DNA from: an uncultured Lachnospiraceae bacterium
GTDB taxonomy: Bacteria; Bacillota; Clostridia; Christensenellales; UBA1242
Length of the DNA stretch: 64,000 nt
NCBI GenBank assembly: GCA_964400145.1
Contig: CAYNTF010000002.1
Span: forward strand, 65,164 to 129,163
Reading direction: 5' to 3'
Below, piece by piece: positions 38,099 through 47,287 of this stretch. The notes beneath the pieces are model-generated. The model saw only the letters and a list, made by a program, of their open reading frames with translations. It was not told the DNA's origin and did not search any database. Each line of letters opens with the position of its first letter. The stretch's first letter is position 1. A program made the position numbers and the translations under genes.

Positions 38099-38275
38099 AT
38101 GACATCAGAATTTTTATTTGTGTTCTTGATTTCTGTTCTCAGTTCCAACAACGACACCAACCTTGCCACCAACACAAACATTTTGTTGCTTCTTCTTTTG
38201 GGGCTTTTCAACAATGATAACGATTTCAACAACAATAACAATCGTGGCTGTCGATGCTTCCAAAATTTTGTGTAA
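38099..38275 (+). CDS. 58-aa hydrophobic, Asn-rich peptide ending in a CRC motif; unknown
   Basis: AAAGGAGG lies 7 nt before the ATG at 38099. The sequence is MTSEFLFVFLISVLSSNNDTNLATNTNILLLLLLGLFNNDNDFNNNNNRGCRCFQNFV. Confidence 0.45.
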   Translation: MTSEFLFVFLISVLSSNNDTNLATNTNILLLLLLGLFNNDNDFNNNNNRGCRCFQNFV

Positions 38276-38374
38276 TAGACAAAATTATCTATTCAAGACC
38301 ATCTCTAGGTTTCGTCAAAAATATTAAAAAATTATAAAAATATTAAAATAATTTGAAAAAACTTAATAAAAATA

Positions 38375-38417
38375 TAAAAAAACATATCATTTTTGTGATT
38401 TTTGATATGTTTTTTTG
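38375..38417. terminator. Bidirectional terminator (peptide gene / prfA)
   Basis: Stem aacatatca / tgatatgtt with a 14-nt loop, flanked by an A-run and a T-run. Confidence 0.55.
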
Positions 38418-38419
38418 GT

Positions 38420-39511
38420 TTAATTTTCAACATTTTGCAAAAGTTCTGTTCGTTCTTTCAAAATCATTGCGTCAATAAATTGGTCAAGATTGCCTGAAAG
38501 CACGCCATCCAAATCGTATGACGACAAATTTGTGCGGTGGTCAGTGACTCGTCCTTGAGGATAGTTGTATGTGCGAATGCGCTCGTTTCGGTTTCCTCTG
38601 CCAACCTGACTTTTACGGTTCTTTTCAAGTTCGCTCATGCGTTGCTCTTGATAATAATCATAGAGTTTTGCTTTCAAAATATTAAACGCCTTCTCTTTGT
38701 TTTTGAGTTGCGAACGCTCATCCTGACATGTCACCACAATATTCAACGGAAGGTATGTGATTCGAATGGCGGTTTCCACCTTGTTGACATTCTGACCGCC
38801 TGCCCCGCCAGAGTGATATGTATCAATTCTCAAATCTTTGTCCAAAATCTCAAAATCGACTTCTTCCACTTCTGGAAGCACAGCAACTGTGGCGGTGGAT
38901 GTGTGAATTCTGCCTTGACTTTCCGTTTCAGGAACGCGTTGCACGCGATGCACCCCGCTTTCATATTTCAGGCGTGAATATGCACCCTTGCCTTTAATCA
39001 TCAAAGTTGCTTCCTTAACCCCACCGATTTCCGTTTCGGACATATCAATATATTCCACCTTCCAACGACGCTTTTCGGCGTAATGAGAATACATGCGACA
39101 AAGTTCCATGCAAAAAAGCGCGCTTTCTTCTCCGCCCGCTGCCGCACGAATTTCCAAAATCGCATTGCTGTCATCGTTTTCATCTTTTGGAAGAAGCAAA
39201 ACTTTGATTTCTTCCGTTTTTTCATCAATTTTTTCTTTTAAATTGGCGATTTCCGTTTCAAAAAGCGCCTTCATTTCTCCGTCCTGCTCTTTTGCCAAAT
39301 CTTTCTGACAATTTTCCAAATCGGAGAGAAGTTTGTCCAAACTTTCATGTGCCTGCGCTAATCCTTCCAAAGAGTTTCTCTCTTTGACCAATTTTTTCCA
39401 TTCTCGGTTATCCGCAATAATTTCTGGGCGAGAAATAAGGTCCGTCAATTCATCAAAACGAGCCTTCGATTTTTCTGTTTTCTGCAAAAGTTCTTTACTT
39501 AAATTTTCCAC
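38420..39511 (-). CDS. prfA: Peptide chain release factor 1
   Basis: 363 aa with HSGGAGGQNVNKVETA (GGQ) and the PxT-type region. Confidence 0.95.
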   Translation of the reverse strand: MENLSKELLQKTEKSKARFDELTDLISRPEIIADNREWKKLVKERNSLEGLAQAHESLDKLLSDLENCQKDLAKEQDGEMKALFETEIANLKEKIDEKTEEIKVLLLPKDENDDSNAILEIRAAAGGEESALFCMELCRMYSHYAEKRRWKVEYIDMSETEIGGVKEATLMIKGKGAYSRLKYESGVHRVQRVPETESQGRIHTSTATVAVLPEVEEVDFEILDKDLRIDTYHSGGAGGQNVNKVETAIRITYLPLNIVVTCQDERSQLKNKEKAFNILKAKLYDYYQEQRMSELEKNRKSQVGRGNRNERIRTYNYPQGRVTDHRTNLSSYDLDGVLSGNLDQFIDAMILKERTELLQNVEN

Positions 39512-41246
39512 AAATCACCCTTTCAATTTTGTTATAGTCTTTGATTGTTTTGATTTCTTCAAATCCATTTTCGCGCATAAGTTTTCTCACCTGCGCACCC
39601 TGCCCCTTTCCAATTTCCAAAAGCAAAGTTCCACCACTTCTCAATCGTTTTGTCGACGAAGGAATTATGGAGCGATAGTAGTCCAGCCCGTCTTGCCCAC
39701 CATCAAGCGCAAGTAATGGGTCACACTCTCTGACATTCTTATCCAATTTTTTTATGTCGCCAGAAGCAATATAAGGTGGATTTGACACTATTATATCAAA
39801 CTTTCGTTTTCTTTTCAAGTTTTCAAACAAATTTGAATGCAAAAATTCGATTTTTGTGTCATTTTTTTTGGCATTACTTTCGGCAACAGTAAGCGCATTT
39901 TTGCTGACATCAATCGCCGTCATTTCACAATCACAATTTTTCGCAACCGCAACAGCAATCGCACCAGAACCTGTGCCCAAGTCCAAAATTTGCGGTCTTT
40001 TGAAGTTTTTCGCCACTTTAAGCACCTGTTCCACCAAAATTTCTGTTTCCATACGCGGTGTCAACACCCTTTTGTTGACATCAAAACGAATGCCATAAAA
40101 CTCTGTGAAACCAAAAATATTATCCAAACTCTCACCTTTTGATCGGCGCGATGTCGCTTTCATGATGTCTTGATATTGCTTGTCAGTAACAGTGGAAACA
40201 AGTTTAATCTCTGCTCGATTTTTTCCAAGCACTGTGGCAATCAGCCAATCTGTTTCACTTTTTTCGTTAATTCCTGCATTTGAAAGTTTGTTTTTAACTT
40301 CGTTATAAACAACCGAAAATGCGTGATTATCTTCTGCCATAAACTCCCGTCCTTTTTGATTTATCAGCAAATTTATCTCAGTCAACGCAATCGTGACTGT
40401 TTCAATATGCGTGGTGGTGGGTTTGGCATACACCAAACACGCTGTCAAATATGCCAAATTTTTGACAACTTTCCACTTGCATAAGTCAATCAAGTTCAAA
40501 ATTTCAAATCCAACGCTCATGCACAGCGCAAAAATGCAAATATGGAAAAGAATATTGAACCAAAAACCAAAACTTGCTCCAACCAATGTTACCACAATAA
40601 AGTCCAAAATGAAAACAAAAACAAGATAATTCAAAAAATTTAATGCTCTGGCTGGGCAATGTTTGCGTTTTTCACGACTTACATCTCCACAAAATAATGC
40701 AACATCGCTTGCTCTGTTAAAACGAAAAAGGTCATTTATTACAGGAAAAATGCGAAAAAACAGCAAAAAAACATAAAAAAATGCGATTTTTATTGACATA
40801 ATCACACAATTTCTCAAAATTTCACTTCCACGATAGCCAACTATAAGAATTCCCAATTTTCCCGGCAATAAGCCCAGCCCAACAGCAGAGAAGATTATTG
40901 CGCCAAGAAGTGTCAAAGCAAAATATATCAATTTTTTCGTGTAATGTTTTTTCAAATCAGCCTGCTTAACTTTCTTGCCACCACAAATATCGCAGGCAAG
41001 AATTAAAGCCGAAAGAAAGCCATAAATTCCGCATATAAAATATTGAAGACCGCGCACAAATGGAAAATGCCAAAAGATAACCTTGTTTTTTTCGGGATAA
41101 CTTTGAAGTTTCTTCTGCCCTTCACAGTTAATTGCAGAGATGACTTTCTTATTTCCAGAATGAATAACGACACCATTTGAAGTTGGAAAAGCAATTTTAT
41201 CCATGCCCAAATTATTGCCAACAAAACGCCCATTTAACCTTGACAT
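39495..41246 (-). CDS. prmC: Fusion protein: N-terminal DUF1385 membrane domain plus C-terminal release-factor glutamine methyltransferase PrmC/HemK
   Basis: The C-terminal half has LDLGTGSGAIAVAVA (SAM site) and IVSNPPYI (NPPY). The N-terminal ~300 aa are polytopic, with FPFVRGLQYF as seen in DUF1385. Overlaps prfA by 17 nt. The start is uncertain (ATG at 41246 has no SD; the ORF-track TTG is at 41303). Confidence 0.75.
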   Translation of the reverse strand: MSRLNGRFVGNNLGMDKIAFPTSNGVVIHSGNKKVISAINCEGQKKLQSYPEKNKVIFWHFPFVRGLQYFICGIYGFLSALILACDICGGKKVKQADLKKHYTKKLIYFALTLLGAIIFSAVGLGLLPGKLGILIVGYRGSEILRNCVIMSIKIAFFYVFLLFFRIFPVINDLFRFNRASDVALFCGDVSREKRKHCPARALNFLNYLVFVFILDFIVVTLVGASFGFWFNILFHICIFALCMSVGFEILNLIDLCKWKVVKNLAYLTACLVYAKPTTTHIETVTIALTEINLLINQKGREFMAEDNHAFSVVYNEVKNKLSNAGINEKSETDWLIATVLGKNRAEIKLVSTVTDKQYQDIMKATSRRSKGESLDNIFGFTEFYGIRFDVNKRVLTPRMETEILVEQVLKVAKNFKRPQILDLGTGSGAIAVAVAKNCDCEMTAIDVSKNALTVAESNAKKNDTKIEFLHSNLFENLKRKRKFDIIVSNPPYIASGDIKKLDKNVRECDPLLALDGGQDGLDYYRSIIPSSTKRLRSGGTLLLEIGKGQGAQVRKLMRENGFEEIKTIKDYNKIERVICGKFK

Positions 41247-41286
41247 TAAGCAAATAATTTGGTAAAATGGAATAAAGGAGTGAATT

Positions 41287-41883
41287 ATGGCAACTTTTTC
41301 CAAAAATAAGCATGGTTTTTATCTTTCAGACCTTGTCGACAATGGCGAGATAATCATAGCCGATGGAATTTTCAAAGGCATGAGAGTGACAAAACTCAAA
41401 GAAGAGAATGGCGAATATGATGTCACATTCACAGGCGTAAGCAAAAATAAAAAACCAATCTTTTCAATCAAAATCAAAGAACCTTATGTTGACGAGGACC
41501 TTTTGGCAATCTATTTTGTTGACTATCTTTCCAACAAGTGCGCAACAAAAATTGTGAATTTTGCCTTCAACAATTTCACAAAGGAAGAAGAACAGCACAT
41601 TTCCGAAAGAGAAATTCCAACATCTTTGAAAAACACCCCGCCCGCATTTTTCTTGTTCTACAAAGACCTTCTTGTTGAAAGTGCAAATCGTGACACTGCC
41701 GCTTTGACAGTGAAAAAAGAAAAAACTTGCAAAAATTATTTCTCTGACAACTATCATCAAAATGCCACGAAAAAATTTGAAGAATGTGTCAATCGAACTT
41801 TTGACAACTTTTTTCAAATGTGCAACGAAAAAGTGTGGAATGACAAGTCTGCAAATTTTGGCGACGACAAGAATATAAAATAA
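41287..41883 (+). CDS. Hypothetical cytoplasmic protein (198 aa)
   Basis: AAAGGAG precedes the ATG at 41287, and an extended -10 TGGTAAAAT lies at 41259-67. I recognise no motif. Confidence 0.55.
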   Translation: MATFSKNKHGFYLSDLVDNGEIIIADGIFKGMRVTKLKEENGEYDVTFTGVSKNKKPIFSIKIKEPYVDEDLLAIYFVDYLSNKCATKIVNFAFNNFTKEEEQHISEREIPTSLKNTPPAFFLFYKDLLVESANRDTAALTVKKEKTCKNYFSDNYHQNATKKFEECVNRTFDNFFQMCNEKVWNDKSANFGDDKNIK

Positions 41884-41991
41884 AAAAAAGATAAGAATTA
41901 GAAAATGTTGAAGAAAATAGAAAACATATCAATAAAAAGAAAAAATCAATAAAAAAAGCGGTTGAACTTGCAAATCATCCGCTTTTTTGTT

Positions 41992-42198
41992 TTATTTCAA
42001 ACCATATTTCTTCTTGAAGTTTTCCACTGTTCCGCTGGCATCGACAACTTTCTTTTTGCCTGTGTAGAAAGGATGACATTTGTTGCAAATATCAATTTTG
42101 ATTGTGTCACCTTTAACACAAGAGCCTGTTTTGAAAGTGTTTCCGCAAGCACAAGAAACAGTCACTTCGTGATAATCTGGATGTCCTTCTTTTTTCAT
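41992..42198 (-). CDS. rpmE: 50S ribosomal protein L31 (Zn-binding type A)
   Basis: [26 protein letters not shown]...[15 protein letters not shown] precedes the ATG at 42198. Confidence 0.9.
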   Translation of the reverse strand: MKKEGHPDYHEVTVSCACGNTFKTGSCVKGDTIKIDICNKCHPFYTGKKKVVDASGTVENFKKKYGLK

Positions 42199-42280
42199 TT
42201 TCAATCTCCTTTTAATTTTTTAAGTTGATTTCAAAATTCTTTTATTAGTTTTTTTGTTGTTGTTTCAACCAAAAACCAAA

Positions 42281-42553
42281 TTAATCTCCAAGATATGGAA
42301 GCAATGCCATATTTCTTGCTCTTTTGATGGCATTTGAAAGTTCTCTTTGGTGATAAGAACAAACACCTGTTTGGCGTCTTGGCAAAATCTTTCCCTTTTC
42401 AGTGATATATTTTCTTATCTTTGCCACATCTTTATAATCAATCGTCTTTTCGCCAGCAACGCAAAAAGCGCAAACTTTTTTCTTTGCAGGTTTACGATAT
42501 TTCTTGACAACTTTCTCCACTTTCTCTTCAGTTTTAACAGCATTTTCGCTCAT
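42281..42553 (-). CDS. rpsR: 30S ribosomal protein S18
   Basis: ...[63 protein letters not shown]. Confidence 0.95.
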   Translation of the reverse strand: MSENAVKTEEKVEKVVKKYRKPAKKKVCAFCVAGEKTIDYKDVAKIRKYITEKGKILPRRQTGVCSYHQRELSNAIKRARNMALLPYLGD

Positions 42554-42619
42554 ATTTTCTCTCCTTTAAGTTGTTTTATCGACTTTTCATTGATGAAAAC
42601 AAAAATTTTGTTTTCAACA

Positions 42620-43042
42620 TCAGAATGGCAAACTGTCATCATCAATTTCTTGAAGTTCGGCAGTTTGTTTTTGTTTTGGTGCACTTGGTGCGGAATACGA
42701 ACTTCCACTTTCAACTTCGCCCGCATTTCTTGAACCAATAAATTCAACTTCTTCGGCAACGATGTCGGTTGAGGTTCTTTTTGAACCGTCCGCTGCATCA
42801 TAACTTGAAATTTGAATTCTTCCAAAAATTGCGCATTTTGAACCTTTTTTCAAATATTTATGGCAATTTTCGCCAGCAACTCCCCAAACAGTGATATTGA
42901 AGAAATCGGCATCTCTTTCGCCTTCAGCGTTTGCAAATCTTCTTTGCACAGCAAGACCAAATCGACAAACCGACTTGCCACTGTTGGTTGTTTGAAGTTC
43001 TGGGTCGCGTGTTAAGTTTCCAATTAACATAACCTTGTTCAT
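42620..43042 (-). CDS. ssb: Single-stranded DNA-binding protein
   Basis: MNKVMLIGNLTRDPELQTT... OB fold with the acidic tip DDDSLPF. Confidence 0.95.
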   Translation of the reverse strand: MNKVMLIGNLTRDPELQTTNSGKSVCRFGLAVQRRFANAEGERDADFFNITVWGVAGENCHKYLKKGSKCAIFGRIQISSYDAADGSKRTSTDIVAEEVEFIGSRNAGEVESGSSYSAPSAPKQKQTAELQEIDDDSLPF

Positions 43043-43076
43043 AGTTTTCTCCTTTGAAAATAAATTTTCTTTAAGT

Positions 43077-43358
43077 TTATTTTCTTACAAAAATTTGACG
43101 GACAATGCCATCTGTGATGTTCATGAGTTTGTTCATTGCGTCAACTTCTGCTGGGTCAAGCACGATGTTCATGAGAACATAGAACCCTTCATTTTTGAAG
43201 TTGATTGGATAAGCAAACTTTTTCATGCCTATCTTTTCGATGCCCTCAACAGTGCCCTTGTGCGCTTCGATATAACTTTTTTGCTTTGCAATCAACTCTT
43301 CGCGCTTTTCTTCTGACACATCGCTGGCAACGATAAACATAAGTTCATACTTGTTCAT
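43077..43358 (-). CDS. rpsF: 30S ribosomal protein S6
   Basis: MNKYELMFIVASDVSEEKREELIAKQKSYIE... in the rpsF-ssb-rpsR order. Confidence 0.9.
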   Translation of the reverse strand: MNKYELMFIVASDVSEEKREELIAKQKSYIEAHKGTVEGIEKIGMKKFAYPINFKNEGFYVLMNIVLDPAEVDAMNKLMNITDGIVRQIFVRK

Positions 43359-43485
43359 CTTTTCTACCTCCTTTTGGACTGATGGCTCTGTTTAATCAGA
43401 GCAAGGACAGTATATATTAAATTTTCAATACTGCTGTCAAATAATATACCACAAAAAATCTTTATTGTCAAGCAAAAAAGCAAAA

Positions 43486-43518
43486 ATAAATGAAGTATGT
43501 TTCATACTTCATTTTTTG
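43486..43518. terminator. Bidirectional intrinsic terminator
   Basis: Stem TGAAGTAT / ATACTTCA flanked by an A-run and a T-run. Confidence 0.6.
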
Positions 43519-43566
43519 TTTTTAATTTTGCAAAAATGTCATCACGGAAACTGTTGAAAAGATTTC

Positions 43567-44274
43567 TTACATTCCACCTTTGCCGTCAGAATTATTCTTT
43601 TCATCATCAGAATTTTTTGGTTTGCCGATGATTTCTTCAATCAACTCTTCTCTGCTCTGTGTTTGTTGGTCCATTTTCTTGTTGATATACTCCCACCCTT
43701 CTTTTGGGCAATATACCGTTTCAGGATAGTCTTCTTCATTAAAACGCGCCACAATCTTATCGCGTTCAACATACATTTCAATGTAATCTCCAAAGATGAA
43801 AGGACCTTTTTCATCCGTTTCAATCTCACTTTTTTCTGCCGCAAAACTCACAGGATTTGCACTTGTGCCATTTCCGTTGGAACATAAGTAAGCACAGCCA
43901 TTTTTGTCAAGTTTTTCAGAAATCAGTTCTGTCAAAATTCTTTCAAATCTTTCCCTTTGCATAGGAAAAACGGTTCTGTTGTAGATTTTTCGTTCTCTTT
44001 CATTGACAAAATCATTTATAAACCCAATATGCAATTTATCAACATTTTTGGTTTCGTTTTCAAGAATATTCAAAAGTCTGTATTTTTCAACATTTTCAGC
44101 AGAATCGAATATTTCCGCAAGTTCTGGATGTCTTATAAATTCAAACACAGTTTTCATTCCAGCAACAAAATCTTTACTCCAAATCACATCAATTATTGTG
44201 CCGTCAATTCTGTCAGCCCACCATTTTGCTGCCACCTTTGCTGTTTGATAAATAACTTTTTTGTTTTCTTCCAT
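43567..44274 (-). CDS. Hypothetical cytoplasmic protein (235 aa)
   Basis: AGGAG SD with good spacing. I recognise no motif. The C-terminus is acidic and low-complexity. Confidence 0.55.
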   Translation of the reverse strand: MEENKKVIYQTAKVAAKWWADRIDGTIIDVIWSKDFVAGMKTVFEFIRHPELAEIFDSAENVEKYRLLNILENETKNVDKLHIGFINDFVNERERKIYNRTVFPMQRERFERILTELISEKLDKNGCAYLCSNGNGTSANPVSFAAEKSEIETDEKGPFIFGDYIEMYVERDKIVARFNEEDYPETVYCPKEGWEYINKKMDQQTQSREELIEEIIGKPKNSDDEKNNSDGKGGM

Positions 44275-44278
44275 TTTT

Positions 44279-44296
44279 CACTCCTTGAAAGGAGTG
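44279..44296 (-). promoter_or_regulatory. Hairpin sequestering the SD of the 43567-44274 gene
   Basis: In the RNA sense the sequence reads CACUCCU-UUCA-AGGAGUG-AAAA-AUG. This is a 7-bp perfect stem whose 3' strand is the SD itself. Confidence 0.5.
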
Positions 44297-44361
44297 TAAC
44301 ACAAAACATTCTGATTGTCAATACTGTTTAAGAAATAATTTGGCAAAAATTTTGATAAAAA

Positions 44362-47058
44362 TCAATTATCTTTTCCACAGCAATTTTTATATTTCTTTCC
44401 GCTTCCACATGGACATGGGTCATTGCGACCAACTTTCTTCTTATCATTCTTCACTGTGGTCTGTTTTTTCACTTCTTGTGGTCGCTCTGGCGCATTATAC
44501 ACCCGCGTTTCTTCATATTTTTGTGGTTTCGGCTCTGGGCGTTTCACTTCAATGGATGTGTTGAGAAGAATTGTGCATGTTGTTTCTCTGATTTTCTCAA
44601 TCATGTTGTCGAACATCTCATACGCTTCTTTCTTATAGGCAAGAATTGGGTCTTGGTTACCAAATCCGCGTGCAAAAATCTCATTTTTCATGGTTTGCAT
44701 GTCATCAATATGATTCATCCAGTTGCTGTCCACAACTTTCAAAAGCACAAAGCGCTCCACCATTTCAAAATTTATTCCAACCTTGCCCGCTTCGGTCATG
44801 CGCTGATTATACCTGCTTTCAACAAGTTTCAACACTGCATTTTCCAAATCTTCGCGGTCAAATCCTTCACAAAAATCTTCGGTTATCACATGCTTGTCTT
44901 TTTCCAAAAGCCCGCGTTCAAGTTCGATGTTAATTCTGTCGAAATCCCACTCAAAATACGGCTTTTCATCGTCAACACATTTGTCGCAAAACTTTGAAAT
45001 GACGCCAGGAAACATTCCCATGACCTGCTCATGCACTTCCAATCCGTCAAGGACTTTGTTGCGTTCTTTATATATCACTTCTCTTTGTGCGTTCATGACA
45101 TCGTCGAACTGCAAAACGGTTTTTCTCATGGCAAAATTTTGAATTTCAATCTTCTTCTGTGCATTTTCAATTTGTCTGGAAAGAATTTTAAGTTGAATTG
45201 GAGTGCCTTCTTCAAGTCTGAAAAAGTTCGCAATATTTTTCAACCTGTCGCCTCCAAAACGGCGAATAAGGTCGTCTTCCAGCGAAAGAAAGAACACGCT
45301 TGAACCCGGGTCACCCTGACGCGATGCACGCCCGCGCAACTGATTGTCAATACGCCTTGACTCGTGCCTTTCCGTGCCGACGATATGAAGTCCGCCCGCC
45401 ATTTTGACCTCTTCTTTTTCAGCATCCGTCACCTTTTTGAAATCGGCATAAAGTTCTTGATATCTCTCTCTGGCTTCATTCATCTTTTCGTCGTCGACTG
45501 TGTTGAACGCAGTGGCGTAAGAGATTTGCTCTTCGTCAAAGCCTTCGTCTTGCATCTTCTTTTTTGCCATAAGTTCTGGGTTTCCGCCCAAAAGAATGTC
45601 AGTTCCACGACCCGCCATGTTTGTGGCAATGGTGACAGCGCCCTTACGCCCTGCCTGCGCCACAATTTGACTTTCCTGTTCGTGATTTTTTGCGTTCAAA
45701 ACGGTGTGCTTGATGCCCGCTTCTTTAAGTGACTTGGAAAGCAATTCACTCTTTTCAATGGTGATTGTGCCAATCAGAATTGGTTGACCTTTTTCGTGTC
45801 TGCGCCTAACTTCTTCGACAATCGCCTTAATCTTTCCCGCTTCGGTGGTGAACACAATGTCTGGCTCGTCGATACGAATATTTGCTCGGTTGGTTGGAAT
45901 TGTGACAACATCCAACTTGTATATCGTTCTAAATTCCCCTTCTTCCGTCTTTGCCGTTCCCGTCATGCCAGAGAGTTTGGTGTATATTCTGAAAAAGTTT
46001 TGGAAAGTTATGGTTGCAAGGGTTTTGTTCTCGTCCTTAATCTCCACACCTTCTTTTGCTTCAATGGCTTGGTGCAAACCGTCGTTATATCTTCTGCCTG
46101 GCATCAGACGCCCTGTAAATTCGTCGACAATGATAACTTCGCCGTCTTTGACGATGTAGTTCTCATCTCTAATCATAACAAAATTTGCTTTCAACGCGTT
46201 GTTGATATAGTGGTTTGTTTCCAAGTTGTCTATATCCGAAAGGTTGTCAGTGCCATAAAAGCGCTCAGCCTTTGTCACACCGCTTTCAGTCAAGTTCATC
46301 GCCTTTGTTTTTTCATCCATTTCCCAATCTTCTGGTTTCAAACTTCTGGCAAATTTTTGTGCGCGGATGTAATTGTCACCTGATTTCATCCCCCGCCCTG
46401 AAATGATGAGTGGCGTTCTGGCTTCATCAATCAAAATGGAGTCAACTTCGTCGACAATCGCAAAGTTATGCCCCCGCTGAACCCGCTGTTGAGCAGTGAT
46501 TGCCATGTTGTCACGAAGATAGTCAAACCCCAACTCGTTGTTGGTGCAATAGGTTATGTCGCTGGCATACGCTTCTTTTTTCGACTTTTCGTCCATTCCT
46601 GAAACGATAACGCCCACACTTAGCCCAAGAAAGCGATAGACCTTGCCCATCCACTCGGCATCACGCTTTGCCAGATATTCATTCACAGTCACCACATGAA
46701 CGCCCTTGCCAGATATGGCGTTGAGATAGGCAGGCAGTGTTGCCACAAGAGTTTTTCCTTCACCTGTTGCCATTTCAGCAATACGCCCCTGATGAAGAGC
46801 AATACCGCCAAGAATTTGCACATAGAAATGTCGCATATTCAACACTCTGTCCGCCGCCTCACGACAAACAGCAAAAGCCTCAGGCAAAAGTTCTTCCAAA
46901 GTTTGCCCGTTTTGAAATCGCTTTCTAAAATCATCAGTGCATGCGCGCAGTTCATCGTCAGAAAAATTTTTATATTTTTCTTCCAAAGCAACAACTTTGT
47001 CGGCGATTTTTTTCAATTTTCTCACTTGAGATTTATTTTCATTTCCAAAAAGTCCCAT
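44362..47058 (-). CDS. secA: Preprotein translocase ATPase SecA
   Basis: 898 aa with MATGEGKTLVATL, DEVDSILIDEARTPLIISG and the C-terminal zinc motif CPCGSGKKYKNCCG. Confidence 0.97.
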   Translation of the reverse strand: MGLFGNENKSQVRKLKKIADKVVALEEKYKNFSDDELRACTDDFRKRFQNGQTLEELLPEAFAVCREAADRVLNMRHFYVQILGGIALHQGRIAEMATGEGKTLVATLPAYLNAISGKGVHVVTVNEYLAKRDAEWMGKVYRFLGLSVGVIVSGMDEKSKKEAYASDITYCTNNELGFDYLRDNMAITAQQRVQRGHNFAIVDEVDSILIDEARTPLIISGRGMKSGDNYIRAQKFARSLKPEDWEMDEKTKAMNLTESGVTKAERFYGTDNLSDIDNLETNHYINNALKANFVMIRDENYIVKDGEVIIVDEFTGRLMPGRRYNDGLHQAIEAKEGVEIKDENKTLATITFQNFFRIYTKLSGMTGTAKTEEGEFRTIYKLDVVTIPTNRANIRIDEPDIVFTTEAGKIKAIVEEVRRRHEKGQPILIGTITIEKSELLSKSLKEAGIKHTVLNAKNHEQESQIVAQAGRKGAVTIATNMAGRGTDILLGGNPELMAKKKMQDEGFDEEQISYATAFNTVDDEKMNEARERYQELYADFKKVTDAEKEEVKMAGGLHIVGTERHESRRIDNQLRGRASRQGDPGSSVFFLSLEDDLIRRFGGDRLKNIANFFRLEEGTPIQLKILSRQIENAQKKIEIQNFAMRKTVLQFDDVMNAQREVIYKERNKVLDGLEVHEQVMGMFPGVISKFCDKCVDDEKPYFEWDFDRINIELERGLLEKDKHVITEDFCEGFDREDLENAVLKLVESRYNQRMTEAGKVGINFEMVERFVLLKVVDSNWMNHIDDMQTMKNEIFARGFGNQDPILAYKKEAYEMFDNMIEKIRETTCTILLNTSIEVKRPEPKPQKYEETRVYNAPERPQEVKKQTTVKNDKKKVGRNDPCPCGSGKKYKNCCGKDN

Positions 47059-47197
47059 TAAAACATCTCCAAAATGTAAATTTTCACTAAGATTTTAGCA
47101 AAAATAAATAAAAAAAACAACCTTTTGCAAATAAAAACAATAATGAAATCAAAAAATAAGAATATAAAAGACAGTTTTCGCAAATTTTCGCCAATGT

Positions 47198-47226
47198 TTG
47201 ACAATCAAGGAAATTTATGGTATAAT
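47198..47226 (+). promoter_or_regulatory. Near-consensus sigma-A promoter (TTGACA-17 nt-TGgTATAAT)
   Basis: TTGACA at 47198-203, TG at 47218-19 and TATAAT at 47221-26. It drives the 47288 gene. Confidence 0.7.
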
Positions 47227-47287
47227 GGTGATGTAATCAAATTGAAATTGTGCATAGGCACAAGTGAAAATATTTGGAGGTTTCATT

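Noticed and set aside
47059-47287. Replication origin at the secA / 47288 divergent junction (all genes to the right are on the plus strand) and the single perfect DnaA box TTATCCACA at 28091-28099
   Set aside because: There is no cluster of DnaA boxes, no dnaA/dnaN and no AT-rich unwinding repeats at the junction. The lone box lies inside cysS coding sequence. Many plus-strand genes also occur to the left of the junction. GC-skew analysis would be needed, and I could not run it.
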